Assembly (NCBI RefSeq): GCF_000011125.1
Contig: NC_000854.2
Coordinates: 660,001 to 692,000 of the forward strand
Direction of reading: 5' to 3'
Origin: Aeropyrum pernix K1
Lineage (GTDB): Archaea > Thermoproteota > Thermoprotei_A > Sulfolobales > Acidilobaceae
Length of the DNA stretch: 32,000 nucleotides
Part shown: positions 16,040 through 24,767 of the stretch, piece by piece
How the letters are laid out: each line of letters opens with the position of its first letter
How positions within the stretch are numbered: position 1 is the first letter of the stretch
Made by a program: the position numbers and the translations under genes
Notes under the pieces: model-generated
What the model was told of the DNA's origin: nothing
The model's input: only the letters and a program-made list of their open reading frames with translations
The model's database searches: none

Positions 16040-17530
16040 TTGGATACGGTGTCCAGTTTGCAGGGCGGCATCTCCCTAACACACATAGCCGCTGGCATAG
16101 CTGTGGTTGCCCTCATAATACTTGGGGTTGGCTTCTACGCCATCTACCAGGAGCTAGCTAGCCTGAGGAGCCAGGTAGAGGGTCTTAACACGAGGTACGA
16201 GGAGATAAGCGAGAGCCTGGAAGAGGTGCAGGGCGCCTTCGAGTCGAGCAGGGGGGATATAGAGTCGATAGCCTCCTCCCTCGAGTCCATACAGGACAGG
16301 GTATCCAAGATAGAGGAGAGGCTGGGCTCTGCGGCCACCCAGAGCGACCTGGATGCGGTGGCCAGGGAGCTGGCATCGCTCACGCAGCAGCTGGAGGACC
16401 TCCAGGCCAGGATACAGGCTCTCGAGGAGAGCGGGGCCGAGGCGGGGGAGAGGCTCGACCAGCTGGCCATGGCCCTCCAGGACCTCCAGGCTAGGCTCGC
16501 ATCGCTGGAGGAGAGGGTTGACGAGGTCTACGCCTCCCTCTACTTCCCCGTCACAGTGGTAGACGGGACGGGAACCCCCGTTGTAATACTGGAGAGGCCC
16601 GAGAGGATAGTCAGTATGGCTCCCAGCGCCACAGAGACCCTCTACTACGTGGGAGCCCTGGACAGGGTGGTGGGGGTCGACCAGTACAGCGACTTCCCGC
16701 CCGAGCTGAACGAGGCGAAGGAGGCTGGAGAGGTGGAGGTGATAGGGGGCTATTGGAACCCCAGCATAGAGGCTATTCTTAGCCTCGAGCCCGACCTCGT
16801 CGTCGGCGTCGCCTCCGTACCCAACCACATACAGGTTAAGAAGGTTCTCTCCGCCTACGGCATACCCGTCATCCTACTCCCCGACAGTAGCCTTGAGGAT
16901 GTGAGGGAGTCGATGATGATCGTAGGCAAGGCGACGGGAGAGGTTGTGGGGGCTTATGAGGCTGTCCTGAAGTTCGACATGGCCGTGGCGGCCGCAGGCC
17001 TCCTCCTAGAGGGTGTGGAGCCGGTGGAGACGGCGGTGGTTGTATGGCCTAACCCCCTCTTCGTCGTCGGGGGTGGAACATGGGAGCACGAGGTCATAGA
17101 GCTGGCCGGCGGGGTAAACGTCTACGGCGACACCCAGGGGTGGCCGCAGGTGTCGTACGAGTCCCTCCTAGAGGCCGATCCCGACGTTATAATATTGATG
17201 GGCGGCCACGGCAATAGTGGTGTTACCGTGGAAGGGTTTATAGAGGCGCTTGAGAGCCAGCTGGGCGAGGCGGCCTGGGAGATAGACGCCGTAGCCTCCG
17301 GGAGGATCTACGTCCTGCTCGACGAGTATAACGACAGCTTCGCTAGGCCCAGCCCGAGGACCGTGCTATCGATATACGTGCTCGCCGTCCTCATACAGCC
17401 CTCGGCCTTCGACATCCAGCCCGGCGACCTGCCAAGCGAGGTGTCCCCCGAGACTCTCGACGTGCTAGGCCTACTTGAGGGCAGGGTGCCGGAGGAAGTG
17501 TTGGAGTTCCTAGGTGAAGCTCTGGGTTGA
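16040..17530 (+). CDS. btuF: ABC transporter substrate-binding protein (BtuF/FepB-like) with N-terminal membrane anchor and long coiled-coil stalk
   Basis: Residues 1..35 signal/TM (GGISLTHIAAGIAVVALIILG); residues 37..165 heptad-rich coiled coil; then RIVSMAPSATETLYYVGALDRVVGVDQYSDFP, IEAILSLEPDLVV, LLEADPDVIILMGGHG. Confidence 0.88.
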   Translation: MDTVSSLQGGISLTHIAAGIAVVALIILGVGFYAIYQELASLRSQVEGLNTRYEEISESLEEVQGAFESSRGDIESIASSLESIQDRVSKIEERLGSAATQSDLDAVARELASLTQQLEDLQARIQALEESGAEAGERLDQLAMALQDLQARLASLEERVDEVYASLYFPVTVVDGTGTPVVILERPERIVSMAPSATETLYYVGALDRVVGVDQYSDFPPELNEAKEAGEVEVIGGYWNPSIEAILSLEPDLVVGVASVPNHIQVKKVLSAYGIPVILLPDSSLEDVRESMMIVGKATGEVVGAYEAVLKFDMAVAAAGLLLEGVEPVETAVVVWPNPLFVVGGGTWEHEVIELAGGVNVYGDTQGWPQVSYESLLEADPDVIILMGGHGNSGVTVEGFIEALESQLGEAAWEIDAVASGRIYVLLDEYNDSFARPSPRTVLSIYVLAVLIQPSAFDIQPGDLPSEVSPETLDVLGLLEGRVPEEVLEFLGEALG

Positions 17531-18489
17531 GGACCTCAATCCTGCTAGCCTCCTCCATAACCGTGTTTTCAATGTTAACCCTCGCAAGCCTCGCCCTAGG
17601 CCCGGCGGGGGTAAAGAACCCCCTGGACTATATAGACGGGCTGGGCGGGGTGGAGCTTTACAGGCTGCTGAGGACCTCCGCCTCAATAGTGGTAGGCGCC
17701 TCCCTCGCCGTAAGCGGCGCCTCCCTGCAGCAGGCCCTTCGAAACCCCCTGGTAGACCCCTACCTGCTCGGCATCTCCACGGGCGCCTCCCTCGCCGTAG
17801 CCCTAAGCCTGCTCCTGGGGCTGGCGGGGCCTCTTGGCATAGGCTCTGCGGCCCTCGCCGGCGGCCTCGCGGCCTTCCTACTAGTTCTCGCCACGGCCAG
17901 GCTTGCAGGCATGACCGGCTCTGGGCTGATAATAGTGGGTGTCGCCTACTCCTACCTCTTCGGGAGCCTGACCACCCTCCTCGTACTCAGCTTCCCCGAC
18001 AAGCTGACGGGGGCCCTTTACTGGATATTCGGCTCCGTAGCCTACGTGGACAGGGGGATTCTGGCCACAGCCGCGGGGGGCCTAGCCCTCGCCACGCTCT
18101 ACCTCGCTGCATCCTCGAAAGCCCTGGAGGCGTTGAGCCTGGGCGAGGAGGCGGCCAGGGGGCTGGGGATAGGTGTCGAGAGGCTTAGAGCCGGGGTTGC
18201 CACCGCCAGCCTCGTAGCCGTGGCAGCCTCCGTAGCCCTCGCGGGACCCGTGGGGTTCATAGGGTTGACTGCTCCGTGGATAGCGAGGCTTCTGGGGGCC
18301 GCGCGCTTCCAACACATACTAGTCGCCTCGGCGCCTATGGGCGCGGGGCTGGCGCTTGCCTCAGACATCCTGGCCCGTACACTCGCGAGCCCCGCCGAGC
18401 TACCTCTAACACCTATAGCCAGCCTCATAGGAGTGCCTATCCTAGTCTACGCCGCGGTTGAGAGGTGGAGGGGTGTTGAGGCCCTGTAG
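17527..18489 (+). CDS. btuC: ABC transporter permease, BtuC/FecCD family
   Basis: GASLAVSGASLQQALRNPLVDPYLLGISTGAS and GPVGFIGLTAPWIARLL. TTG start overlaps the upstream stop (TTGA). Confidence 0.93.
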   Translation: MRTSILLASSITVFSMLTLASLALGPAGVKNPLDYIDGLGGVELYRLLRTSASIVVGASLAVSGASLQQALRNPLVDPYLLGISTGASLAVALSLLLGLAGPLGIGSAALAGGLAAFLLVLATARLAGMTGSGLIIVGVAYSYLFGSLTTLLVLSFPDKLTGALYWIFGSVAYVDRGILATAAGGLALATLYLAASSKALEALSLGEEAARGLGIGVERLRAGVATASLVAVAASVALAGPVGFIGLTAPWIARLLGAARFQHILVASAPMGAGLALASDILARTLASPAELPLTPIASLIGVPILVYAAVERWRGVEAL

Positions 18490-19225
18490 CGTCAGGCTCG
18501 AAGGTGTTGAAGCCCGATACAACACATCACCACCCGTTCTGAGGGGTGTGAGCTTCAGCCTCGACCCCGGCTCTCTGGTGGCTCTCCTAGGCCCTAACGG
18601 CAGCGGCAAGACAACCCTCCTCAGGCTCCTCGCAGGCATAATCAAGCCGAGCAGGGGGAGGGTGGAGGTCTGCGGCAGCCCCCCGGGGAGGGTGAGGCGG
18701 ATGCTCGGCTACGCCCCCGCATCGCCGGAGGTGGACCCCAGGCTGAAGGCCGTGGAGGTTGCTCTCCTCTACAGGTACGGGGTGTCGGAGGGCGTAGCCT
18801 GGGGTAGGAGGGACTGGGAGGAGGTCCTGGCTGCCCTCGGGGAGATGGGCGTGGGGGAGCTGGCGTGGAGGAGGTGGGGGGAGCTGAGCAGCGGCCAGAG
18901 ACGGCTGGTGATCCTAGCAGGGGTCCTAGCTAGGAGGCCCGGCCTGGCCCTCCTAGACGAGCCCCACTCCTTCCTCGACGTATCCAACATGAGGAGGGTA
19001 ACACTGGTGCTCCGCTCCCTCCGAGGCAGGGCCACGATAGTCTACACCACCCACGACCCCCTGGCGGCTATGGCTGCCGACTCGGTGATAATGCTGAGGG
19101 AGGGGCTCCTCCACGCACAGGGGCCGCCCGAGGCCGTGGTGACCCCCGAGACTATAGAGGAGGTCTACGGGATCCCGGCCGACAGGCTAGACGGCCTCAC
19201 CATACCGCGCTACTACAAGCCCTAG
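18476..19225 (+). CDS. btuD: ABC transporter ATP-binding protein, BtuD/FepC family
   Basis: Walker A GPNGSGKTT, signature LSSGQRRLVILAG, Walker B LALLDEPHSFLD, His switch TTHDP. Start TTG 18476 or GTG 18473 preferred over the track's 18458; overlaps the btuC stop. Confidence 0.92.
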   Translation: MRPCSVRLEGVEARYNTSPPVLRGVSFSLDPGSLVALLGPNGSGKTTLLRLLAGIIKPSRGRVEVCGSPPGRVRRMLGYAPASPEVDPRLKAVEVALLYRYGVSEGVAWGRRDWEEVLAALGEMGVGELAWRRWGELSSGQRRLVILAGVLARRPGLALLDEPHSFLDVSNMRRVTLVLRSLRGRATIVYTTHDPLAAMAADSVIMLREGLLHAQGPPEAVVTPETIEEVYGIPADRLDGLTIPRYYKP

Positions 19226-19323
19226 AACCACGGCGACACTTTACCTCCCGAGAGCTACAGAGAGGGTTTGGGGATGAGGACTCCACGGGTTCCGACGCCC
19301 CCTCGGGGGTGGGGACACCTGTC

Positions 19324-20019
19324 TCAACTGACCCTAGCATTTACTCCTTTCGCGGCCGCCTCCCGGGCTAGGTCTCTCCTCACTACTGGGCCTCGGGGCT
19401 CGGTCTCCCTCCACACGGCAGCCCTGAACCTGTAGATCTCCACGTCCTCCCTCAGCCAGCATGTCCCCGGCAGGCCCGCCTTTATGCAGGCCCACGTGAG
19501 GAATAGTATAGGGTCCCAGCCCTCGTCGACCGCCACTTGGGGCAGCAGCAGGCCCGCGTAGGGTGGTTTCTCGACATAGAGGCCGTGGAGCCCCACCTCG
19601 ACGAGAGCGGGCCTCTCATGAGGCTTCTTGGGGAGGGGCTCCATGCTGCCGAGCACCGTGACCTCGACCCTCACCCTGTCGAGCTCCTCCCGACTGAGAG
19701 GCTCGAACCTGGGGTCGCTGGAGGCTGCGTCGACTGCGGCTGTGACAACGGCCTCCACCAGGGGCAGGACAGGCCTGACAACCCCTATACACCCCCTGAG
19801 CTCCCACCCATCCCCGCTCCTCCTCTCGAGGGTAACGAAGGCGGCGCCCGGCCTCCCGAGCTTCCCGCCAGCCTCTACATCCAGCCTCCTACCATGCTCC
19901 ACCCACTCCTCCACAGCCCTCCTGGCAATCCTCACCAGGGCCTCGCCATCGGCGTCGTCAAGCTCCTCCGGCTCGATGGGAGGACCTCGGGCACGCGCTA
20001 TCCTGACCCCCCCGACCAA
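19324..20019 (-). CDS. AMMECR1 domain protein
   Basis: PGAAFVTLERRSGDGWELRGCIGVVRP...DPRFEPLSREELDRVRVEVTVLG...GLLLPQVAVDEGWDPILFLTWACIKAGLP is the AMMECR1 signature (LRGCIG). Confidence 0.93.
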   Translation of the reverse strand: MVGGVRIARARGPPIEPEELDDADGEALVRIARRAVEEWVEHGRRLDVEAGGKLGRPGAAFVTLERRSGDGWELRGCIGVVRPVLPLVEAVVTAAVDAASSDPRFEPLSREELDRVRVEVTVLGSMEPLPKKPHERPALVEVGLHGLYVEKPPYAGLLLPQVAVDEGWDPILFLTWACIKAGLPGTCWLREDVEIYRFRAAVWRETEPRGPVVRRDLAREAAAKGVNARVS

Positions 20020-20123
20020 GCCCCTCGACCCCCGTGAATGTCTACTCTCGGGTCGAGAGGGCTAAAGACTAGAGGAGGGGGTTTAGAGGTGGAGGTGCCT
20101 CGGATTCCGGCGCACTCCTCCTC

Positions 20124-20147
20124 GCCCAGCCCGCTGTGGGGCTGGGC
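20124..20147. repeat. Perfect inverted repeat GCCCAGCCC-(6 nt)-GGGCTGGGC
   Basis: 9-bp stem directly readable; intergenic between TYW1 and AMMECR1. Confidence 0.8.
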
Positions 20148-20152
20148 TTTCG

Positions 20153-20172
20153 GTGACGAGGTTGGTCGTCAC
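20153..20172. repeat. Perfect inverted repeat GTGACGA-(6 nt)-TCGTCAC
   Basis: 7-bp stem, 5 nt after the preceding hairpin. Confidence 0.75.
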
Positions 20173-20208
20173 AGGCTCCCGTTTAAGGTTCGTTGTGGCG
20201 CCCGGGTT

Positions 20209-21249
20209 TTATGGCATTATGTCTGGGTCGTAGGGGGCGTCGTACTCGCCCTCCTCGGGCTCCGGCGTGTTGAGGCCTTCTGGGCATCCCTTGCCTAGCC
20301 TTATGGGCTTCTCGAGCCTGCTCAGCAGCACCACCCTGCTCGCCCTGCTCTCGCCGAGTATCGGGTAGCCCGTGAGCTCGGAGAGCCTCTCGCTCACCTT
20401 CCTCACGTACTCGTGCTCAGCCATGTTGGCCTTGCTCAGCCTCATCCTGCTGGCCCCCACCCACATGTAGCTCTTGATCTCCACGTAGGTCGGCTGGGCG
20501 AGGTTTATGAGTTTTGCGAAGCCCTTGAGAGCCTCGTCTGTGTCGTTGAACCCGGCTACCAGCGTTATCCTTATGGCGGTGGGGCTGGTGAAGCTGGGCA
20601 TCATCTCCAGGGTCTCCATTGTGAGCTCCCAGGCCCTGGGCACCAGGGGCCTGGTGAAGTAGTTGTAGCTCTTCTTATCCCACGCCTCGAGGCTCACGTA
20701 GAGCTGGCTCGGCTCCTCCTCCAAATCGGCCAGTATGTCCGGCCTGACACCCCTCGTGACGAGGAAGCTCGTCATGCCCCTCCTGTGCACCTCCTTGAGC
20801 AGGTCGCTCAGCATGGGGTAGAGCGTCGGCTCGCCGGTCAGGCTTAGGGTCACGTGCACGGGGTTCCAGGCCTCCCAGAACTTCTTCGGGTCGACCCTGG
20901 GGTGGCCCTTGTAGCCGCTTATCAGCCTCCTGTGTATCCTTATGAGCTCGTCCACCAGCCACTTCGGGTCGTCTACTATGGTTAGCTTGGTCTCGTCAAG
21001 GTCTACACCCAGGTCCTGCGGCCTTATCCTCCAGCAGTGGAGGCAGGCGTTCCAGCACCAGAAGGCGGCGGGGCTCATCTGTATGTCCCTGTGGCTCTCT
21101 ATCCCGTAGAACTTGCACTTGTAGCAGTGCCTATCCTCGGTGAGGGCCTTGTGGGTCCAGTAGCACTTCTTAACCACCGTGTGCCTTCCCGCGAAGTGGT
21201 ACTTCTGCTTGACCATAACCTCGGCTAGGGGCAGCCACTTCTCCGGCAT
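20209..21249 (-). CDS. taw1: 4-demethylwyosine synthase TYW1 (archaeal radical SAM tRNA-modifying enzyme)
   Basis: KCYKCKFYG and radical SAM CWNACLHCWR; VTLSLTGEPTLYPML, GFNDTDEALKGFAKLINLAQPTYVEIKSYMWVGASRMRL. Confidence 0.92.
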   Translation of the reverse strand: MPEKWLPLAEVMVKQKYHFAGRHTVVKKCYWTHKALTEDRHCYKCKFYGIESHRDIQMSPAAFWCWNACLHCWRIRPQDLGVDLDETKLTIVDDPKWLVDELIRIHRRLISGYKGHPRVDPKKFWEAWNPVHVTLSLTGEPTLYPMLSDLLKEVHRRGMTSFLVTRGVRPDILADLEEEPSQLYVSLEAWDKKSYNYFTRPLVPRAWELTMETLEMMPSFTSPTAIRITLVAGFNDTDEALKGFAKLINLAQPTYVEIKSYMWVGASRMRLSKANMAEHEYVRKVSERLSELTGYPILGESRASRVVLLSRLEKPIRLGKGCPEGLNTPEPEEGEYDAPYDPDIMP

Positions 21250-21262
21250 ACCCTGGGGTATG
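21247..21262. promoter_or_regulatory. Palindrome CATACCC-TG-GGGTATG overlapping the TYW1 start codon
   Basis: Perfect 7-bp inverted repeat including the ATG at 21249..21247, next to a TATA-like AT tract and a direct repeat GTATGTT (21258..21264 and 21270..21276). Confidence 0.5.
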
Positions 21263-21315
21263 TTTTTAAGTATGTTCCTCCTGGGAATCCCTCAACACCC
21301 TCAAGAAACATGGTA

Positions 21316-22347
21316 TTACTTTAACCCAGTTAAAGGCTTCGGCTTGTAGAGGCCCTTCTCCTGCAGGTAGGTGTAGGCGCTGTAGGCGGCCACCGCGCCC
21401 ATCGCCGCGGCGGTGACCACCTGCCTGAAGCCCGGCCACATGCTGGTGCAGTCTCCCGCCGCGAATATCCCTGGGATGCTCGTCCTCATCCACTCGTCAA
21501 CCACCACGTTGCCCATGCTATCGGTCTCCAGCCCTATGGCCTCGAACAGCTCCTTCGGCGGCTCGGAGCCTATCTCTATGAAGATCCCGTCCACCCTGAG
21601 CTCCTTCTCCTCGCCGGTCACCTTGTTCTTCACGACCACAGACTCCACCCGGTCCCGCCCTCTTATCTCGGTCACTATGCTGTCTAGGATGAACTCAATG
21701 TTAGGCTTCTTCCTCGCCTCCTCCACGTAGAAGGGCTTCGCCCTGAACCCCTGCCTCCTGTGGACCAGGTAGACCTTCCCGACGTAGCCGCTGAGGAGGA
21801 GGGCCCCCTCGAGGGCGGAGTCGCCGCCCCCCACAACAACCACGGCGTCCTTACCCTTGAACAGGGGCGCGTCGCACACGCTGCAGTAGCTGACGCCCCT
21901 GCCCGCGAGCTCCGCCTCCCCGGGGACGCCGAGTTTCCTCCTCCTGCTCCCCACCGCCAGTATGACGGTGCGGGCCTTCACCTCCAGCCCCCTGGACCCC
22001 CTCACTAGGAACCAGCCGTCGTCGAGCCTGTCAACAGTCTTGACCTGCACCCCAGTCACTATCTTGGCGCCGAACATTTCTGCGTGGCTCTTGAAGCTCT
22101 CCACGAGCTTCGACGCCTCCAGCCCACCCATGCCGGGGTAGTCGTCTATCCAGTTGGTGAGGTTTAGCTGTCCACCCACGTCCATCGAGACTATGAGTGT
22201 CGACATGAGGAACCTTGTTGTGTATATGGCTGCCGAGAGGCCCGCAGGCCCCGCCCCCACTATGACGGTGTCGTACTCCTCCCCACGGGGTATCTTAGGC
22301 GCCCTCACCGCAGAGAGCCTGAGCGGCATAATCACGCACCTAATCAC
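21316..22347 (-). CDS. trxB: Thioredoxin reductase
   Basis: TVIVGAGPAGLSAAIYTTR, redox motif SYCSVCDAP (CxxC), VVGGGDSALEGAL, GIFAAGDCTSMWPGFRQVVTAAAMGAVAA. Alternative ATG start at 22329. Confidence 0.93.
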   Translation of the reverse strand: MIRCVIMPLRLSAVRAPKIPRGEEYDTVIVGAGPAGLSAAIYTTRFLMSTLIVSMDVGGQLNLTNWIDDYPGMGGLEASKLVESFKSHAEMFGAKIVTGVQVKTVDRLDDGWFLVRGSRGLEVKARTVILAVGSRRRKLGVPGEAELAGRGVSYCSVCDAPLFKGKDAVVVVGGGDSALEGALLLSGYVGKVYLVHRRQGFRAKPFYVEEARKKPNIEFILDSIVTEIRGRDRVESVVVKNKVTGEEKELRVDGIFIEIGSEPPKELFEAIGLETDSMGNVVVDEWMRTSIPGIFAAGDCTSMWPGFRQVVTAAAMGAVAAYSAYTYLQEKGLYKPKPLTGLK

Positions 22348-22379
22348 AACACATTAGCCGCCGCAGCCCAAAACCTTGA

Positions 22380-22727
22380 CTACCCACCGCCCGATGCGCT
22401 GGCTCCCCCTTGGCCGGCGGGGGGTAGTCTGCACCTCCTCAGCCTCCCCTCTATATACGCCTCGGCCACCCGCCTGAACAGCTCCTCAGGGCTCTCCACG
22501 GTCACCACCGCCTCCCCACCCCTAATCTCCAGGCGGGCCGCCCCTATCCTCCTCAGCCTCTTCACTATACGCCGGGCTGTCCTCTTAGTGACGCACAGCC
22601 TCTCCCTCAGGATCTCGACAGCCTCCCCATAGTTCAGGGTGGGGCCTAGTCTGTGTAGGATGTAGAGGGCAGCCACCTCCCTCTTACCGGGCATCCTAGC
22701 CAGCCTAGGGGGCTCTCCTCCGCTCAT
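22380..22727 (-). CDS. Small winged-helix-like DNA-binding protein, uncharacterised
   Basis: 115 aa; REVAALYILHRLGPTLNYGEAVEILRERLCVTKRTARRIVKRLRRIGAARLEIRGGEAVVTV resembles HTH plus wing; directly upstream of trxB on the same strand. Confidence 0.6.
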   Translation of the reverse strand: MSGGEPPRLARMPGKREVAALYILHRLGPTLNYGEAVEILRERLCVTKRTARRIVKRLRRIGAARLEIRGGEAVVTVESPEELFRRVAEAYIEGRLRRCRLPPAGQGGASASGGG

Positions 22728-22834
22728 GGTCGGTGATCCCCACTGCCCAAACCCTGAGGCTGCCGGGCGTCGGTGTAGGGTAGCCCAGTCATCGCCCCAT
22801 TATAATGTAAAGCATGGGCCTCCGGGGCTGATAT

Positions 22835-23359
22835 TCAGCCGCAGCCGGAAAGGAGGGGGCCTAGTAGCCTGAGCCTCTCGAACACGGGCCCCCCCGAGAC
22901 AGCCGCCGCATAGCCGTCAGGCCCCCCCAGGAGGACCGGCCTCCCCTCGACAGCGGCATACACCTCAAAACCCCCATCCACCCCCCGGGGGTCTACCGTC
23001 TGGTGCACCCCCCCGACGCCGTTTACAAGTAGGGCCAGGGGGTCGCGGTAGGCGTATGCCACCGAAACCCCCTCAACCTCCTCCCCCGCCCCTCCGAGGA
23101 ACTCTATCCTAGGCTCCCCCGGCCTGCAGGCGTCTATCCACTCGGGCCTGGAGAGGGTGTGGTACGAGCCCGCCGGGGGCTCCACGGGCGATATGATGCT
23201 CCCCACCCCCAGGGCTATCAGCAGGGCCTGGCCCGGCCCCGCCCTCACGGCAACCACCGTAGGAGCGGTAACGGCCCAGGCATCCCCAGAGGATAGTGCC
23301 CACTCCACCAGCCCGGCCGCCTCCCCCGGGCTGCCGAGCATCCACCCCACATCCACAAC
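22835..23359 (-). CDS. Uncharacterised protein
   Basis: Open frame DVGWMLGSPGEAAGLVEWALSSGDAWAVTAPTVVAVRAGPGQALLIALGVGSIISPVEPPAG... The track extends to 23563, but the N-terminal part is low-complexity G/P/R and probably untranslated. Start uncertain (GTG near 23359 or ATG 23341). Confidence 0.5.
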   Translation of the reverse strand, partial: VVDVGWMLGSPGEAAGLVEWALSSGDAWAVTAPTVVAVRAGPGQALLIALGVGSIISPVEPPAGSYHTLSRPEWIDACRPGEPRIEFLGGAGEEVEGVSVAYAYRDPLALLVNGVGGVHQTVDPRGVDGGFEVYAAVEGRPVLLGGPDGYAAAVSGGPVFERLRLLGPLLSGCG

Positions 23360-23609
23360 GTAGGAGCCCCTGTCGAACCTCGGCAAGCCCCATCCACACC
23401 CCCTCACAGGCCCCCCGGGAGGCTCGCCAGCCTGGTTTCCGCTCACCAGCCCCCAGCCCGGGTCTGGGGCTCGCCCCTTACATGGGCGCCCATAGCCCCC
23501 GGGGGCGGCGGGCTCTCTCCCGCCTCTCGTGTCAATGTTGGGTCTAACGCTAATTAGCCTCACGCCTCAACAGCTCCGCTTGGAGTTTCCGTCGTGTGGG
23601 TGCGGCGCG

Positions 23610-24746
23610 TTGAAGCTGTACGAGTTTGAGGCTAAGGAGATTCTGCGGATGTACGGTGTCGAGACTCCCCCCTCTGTTCTGGTGATGCCGGGCGACGATG
23701 TGGCGGCCAAGATTAGGGAGGCGGGTTTGGAGCCGCCGCTTGTTGTGAAGAGCCAGGTACTCGTCGCCGGCAGGGGGAAGGCCGGGGGTATTAAGCTGGT
23801 TGAGAGTGTTGAAGACGCTGTCAGGGTTGCAGGGGAGCTTTGGCGTAAGCCTATAAAGGGGATACTCCCGGGGGCCCTGCTTGTGGAGAAGGCTGTCCCC
23901 CACGATGCCGAGCTGTACACCTCGATAATTATAGACAGGAGTGAGAGGAGGCCCGTCATCCTGGCCAGCAGGTTCGGGGGGATGGATATAGAGGAGATTG
24001 CCAGGGAGAAGCCCGAGAGCATTGTGAGGCACTATGTAGACCCCTTCCTGGGGCTGAGGGGCTATGAGGCCAGGATGGTGGGGAAGGCCATAGGCCTCTC
24101 GGGCAGGCTGCTAAACAGCTACGCATCCTTCCTCCAGGTCTTGTACAGGGTGTTCACAGCCCTGGAGGCGGAGCTCGTCGAGAGCAACCCACTGGCCATC
24201 GTCGGCGACAAGGTGGTCCCCCTCGACGCCAGGATAATCGTGGACGACAACAGCCTGTTCAGGCACAGAGAGCTCGTGGAGAGGAGGAGGGTTGAGCAGA
24301 GGGGCGAGTACACCGAGTGGGAGGTCAAGGCTAGGCAGCAGGGACTCCCATTCGTCGAGCTGGAGGGCGACATAGGCATCATAGGCAACGGAGCCGGACT
24401 CACAATGGCCACCATGGACCTTGTATACCACTTCGGCGGGAGGCCCGCGAACTTCCTCGACATAGGGGGCGGCGCCAGGGCGGAGCTGGTTAAGAAGGCC
24501 GTCTCCTTCCTCCTAGAGTTCCCCAAGGCGGAGAAGATCTTCATAAACGTGTTCGGCGGCATAACAAGGGGCGACGAGGTCGCCCGCGGGATAGTGGCGG
24601 CGGTCAGGGAGTCCGGCTCCAGCAAGCCCCTAGTGGTGAGGCTCAGCGGCACCAGGGAGGAGGAGGGTAGGAGGATACTCGAGGAGGCTGGGATCTACGC
24701 CTATACCGACCCGGTGGAGGCTGTAAAGAAGGTTGTATCCCTCTAG
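23610..24746 (+). CDS. sucC: Succinyl-CoA synthetase (ADP/GDP-forming) beta subunit
   Basis: [88 protein letters not shown] 23610 is the natural start rather than the track's 23529. Confidence 0.95.
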   Translation: MKLYEFEAKEILRMYGVETPPSVLVMPGDDVAAKIREAGLEPPLVVKSQVLVAGRGKAGGIKLVESVEDAVRVAGELWRKPIKGILPGALLVEKAVPHDAELYTSIIIDRSERRPVILASRFGGMDIEEIAREKPESIVRHYVDPFLGLRGYEARMVGKAIGLSGRLLNSYASFLQVLYRVFTALEAELVESNPLAIVGDKVVPLDARIIVDDNSLFRHRELVERRRVEQRGEYTEWEVKARQQGLPFVELEGDIGIIGNGAGLTMATMDLVYHFGGRPANFLDIGGGARAELVKKAVSFLLEFPKAEKIFINVFGGITRGDEVARGIVAAVRESGSSKPLVVRLSGTREEEGRRILEEAGIYAYTDPVEAVKKVVSL

Positions 24747-24767
24747 GGCCGTGTGGGGTGGTGTGTG

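Noticed and set aside
16914-16924. gatgatgat, possible C/D-box sRNA C-box
   Set aside because: Lies in frame inside the BtuF-like coding sequence, and no paired D/C'/D' boxes at suitable spacing were seen.
17514-18188. 224 aa ORF overlapping btuC in another frame
   Set aside because: RPRPGGGKEPPGLYRRAGRGG-type Arg/Pro/Gly composition, while btuC in the same region has clear family motifs.
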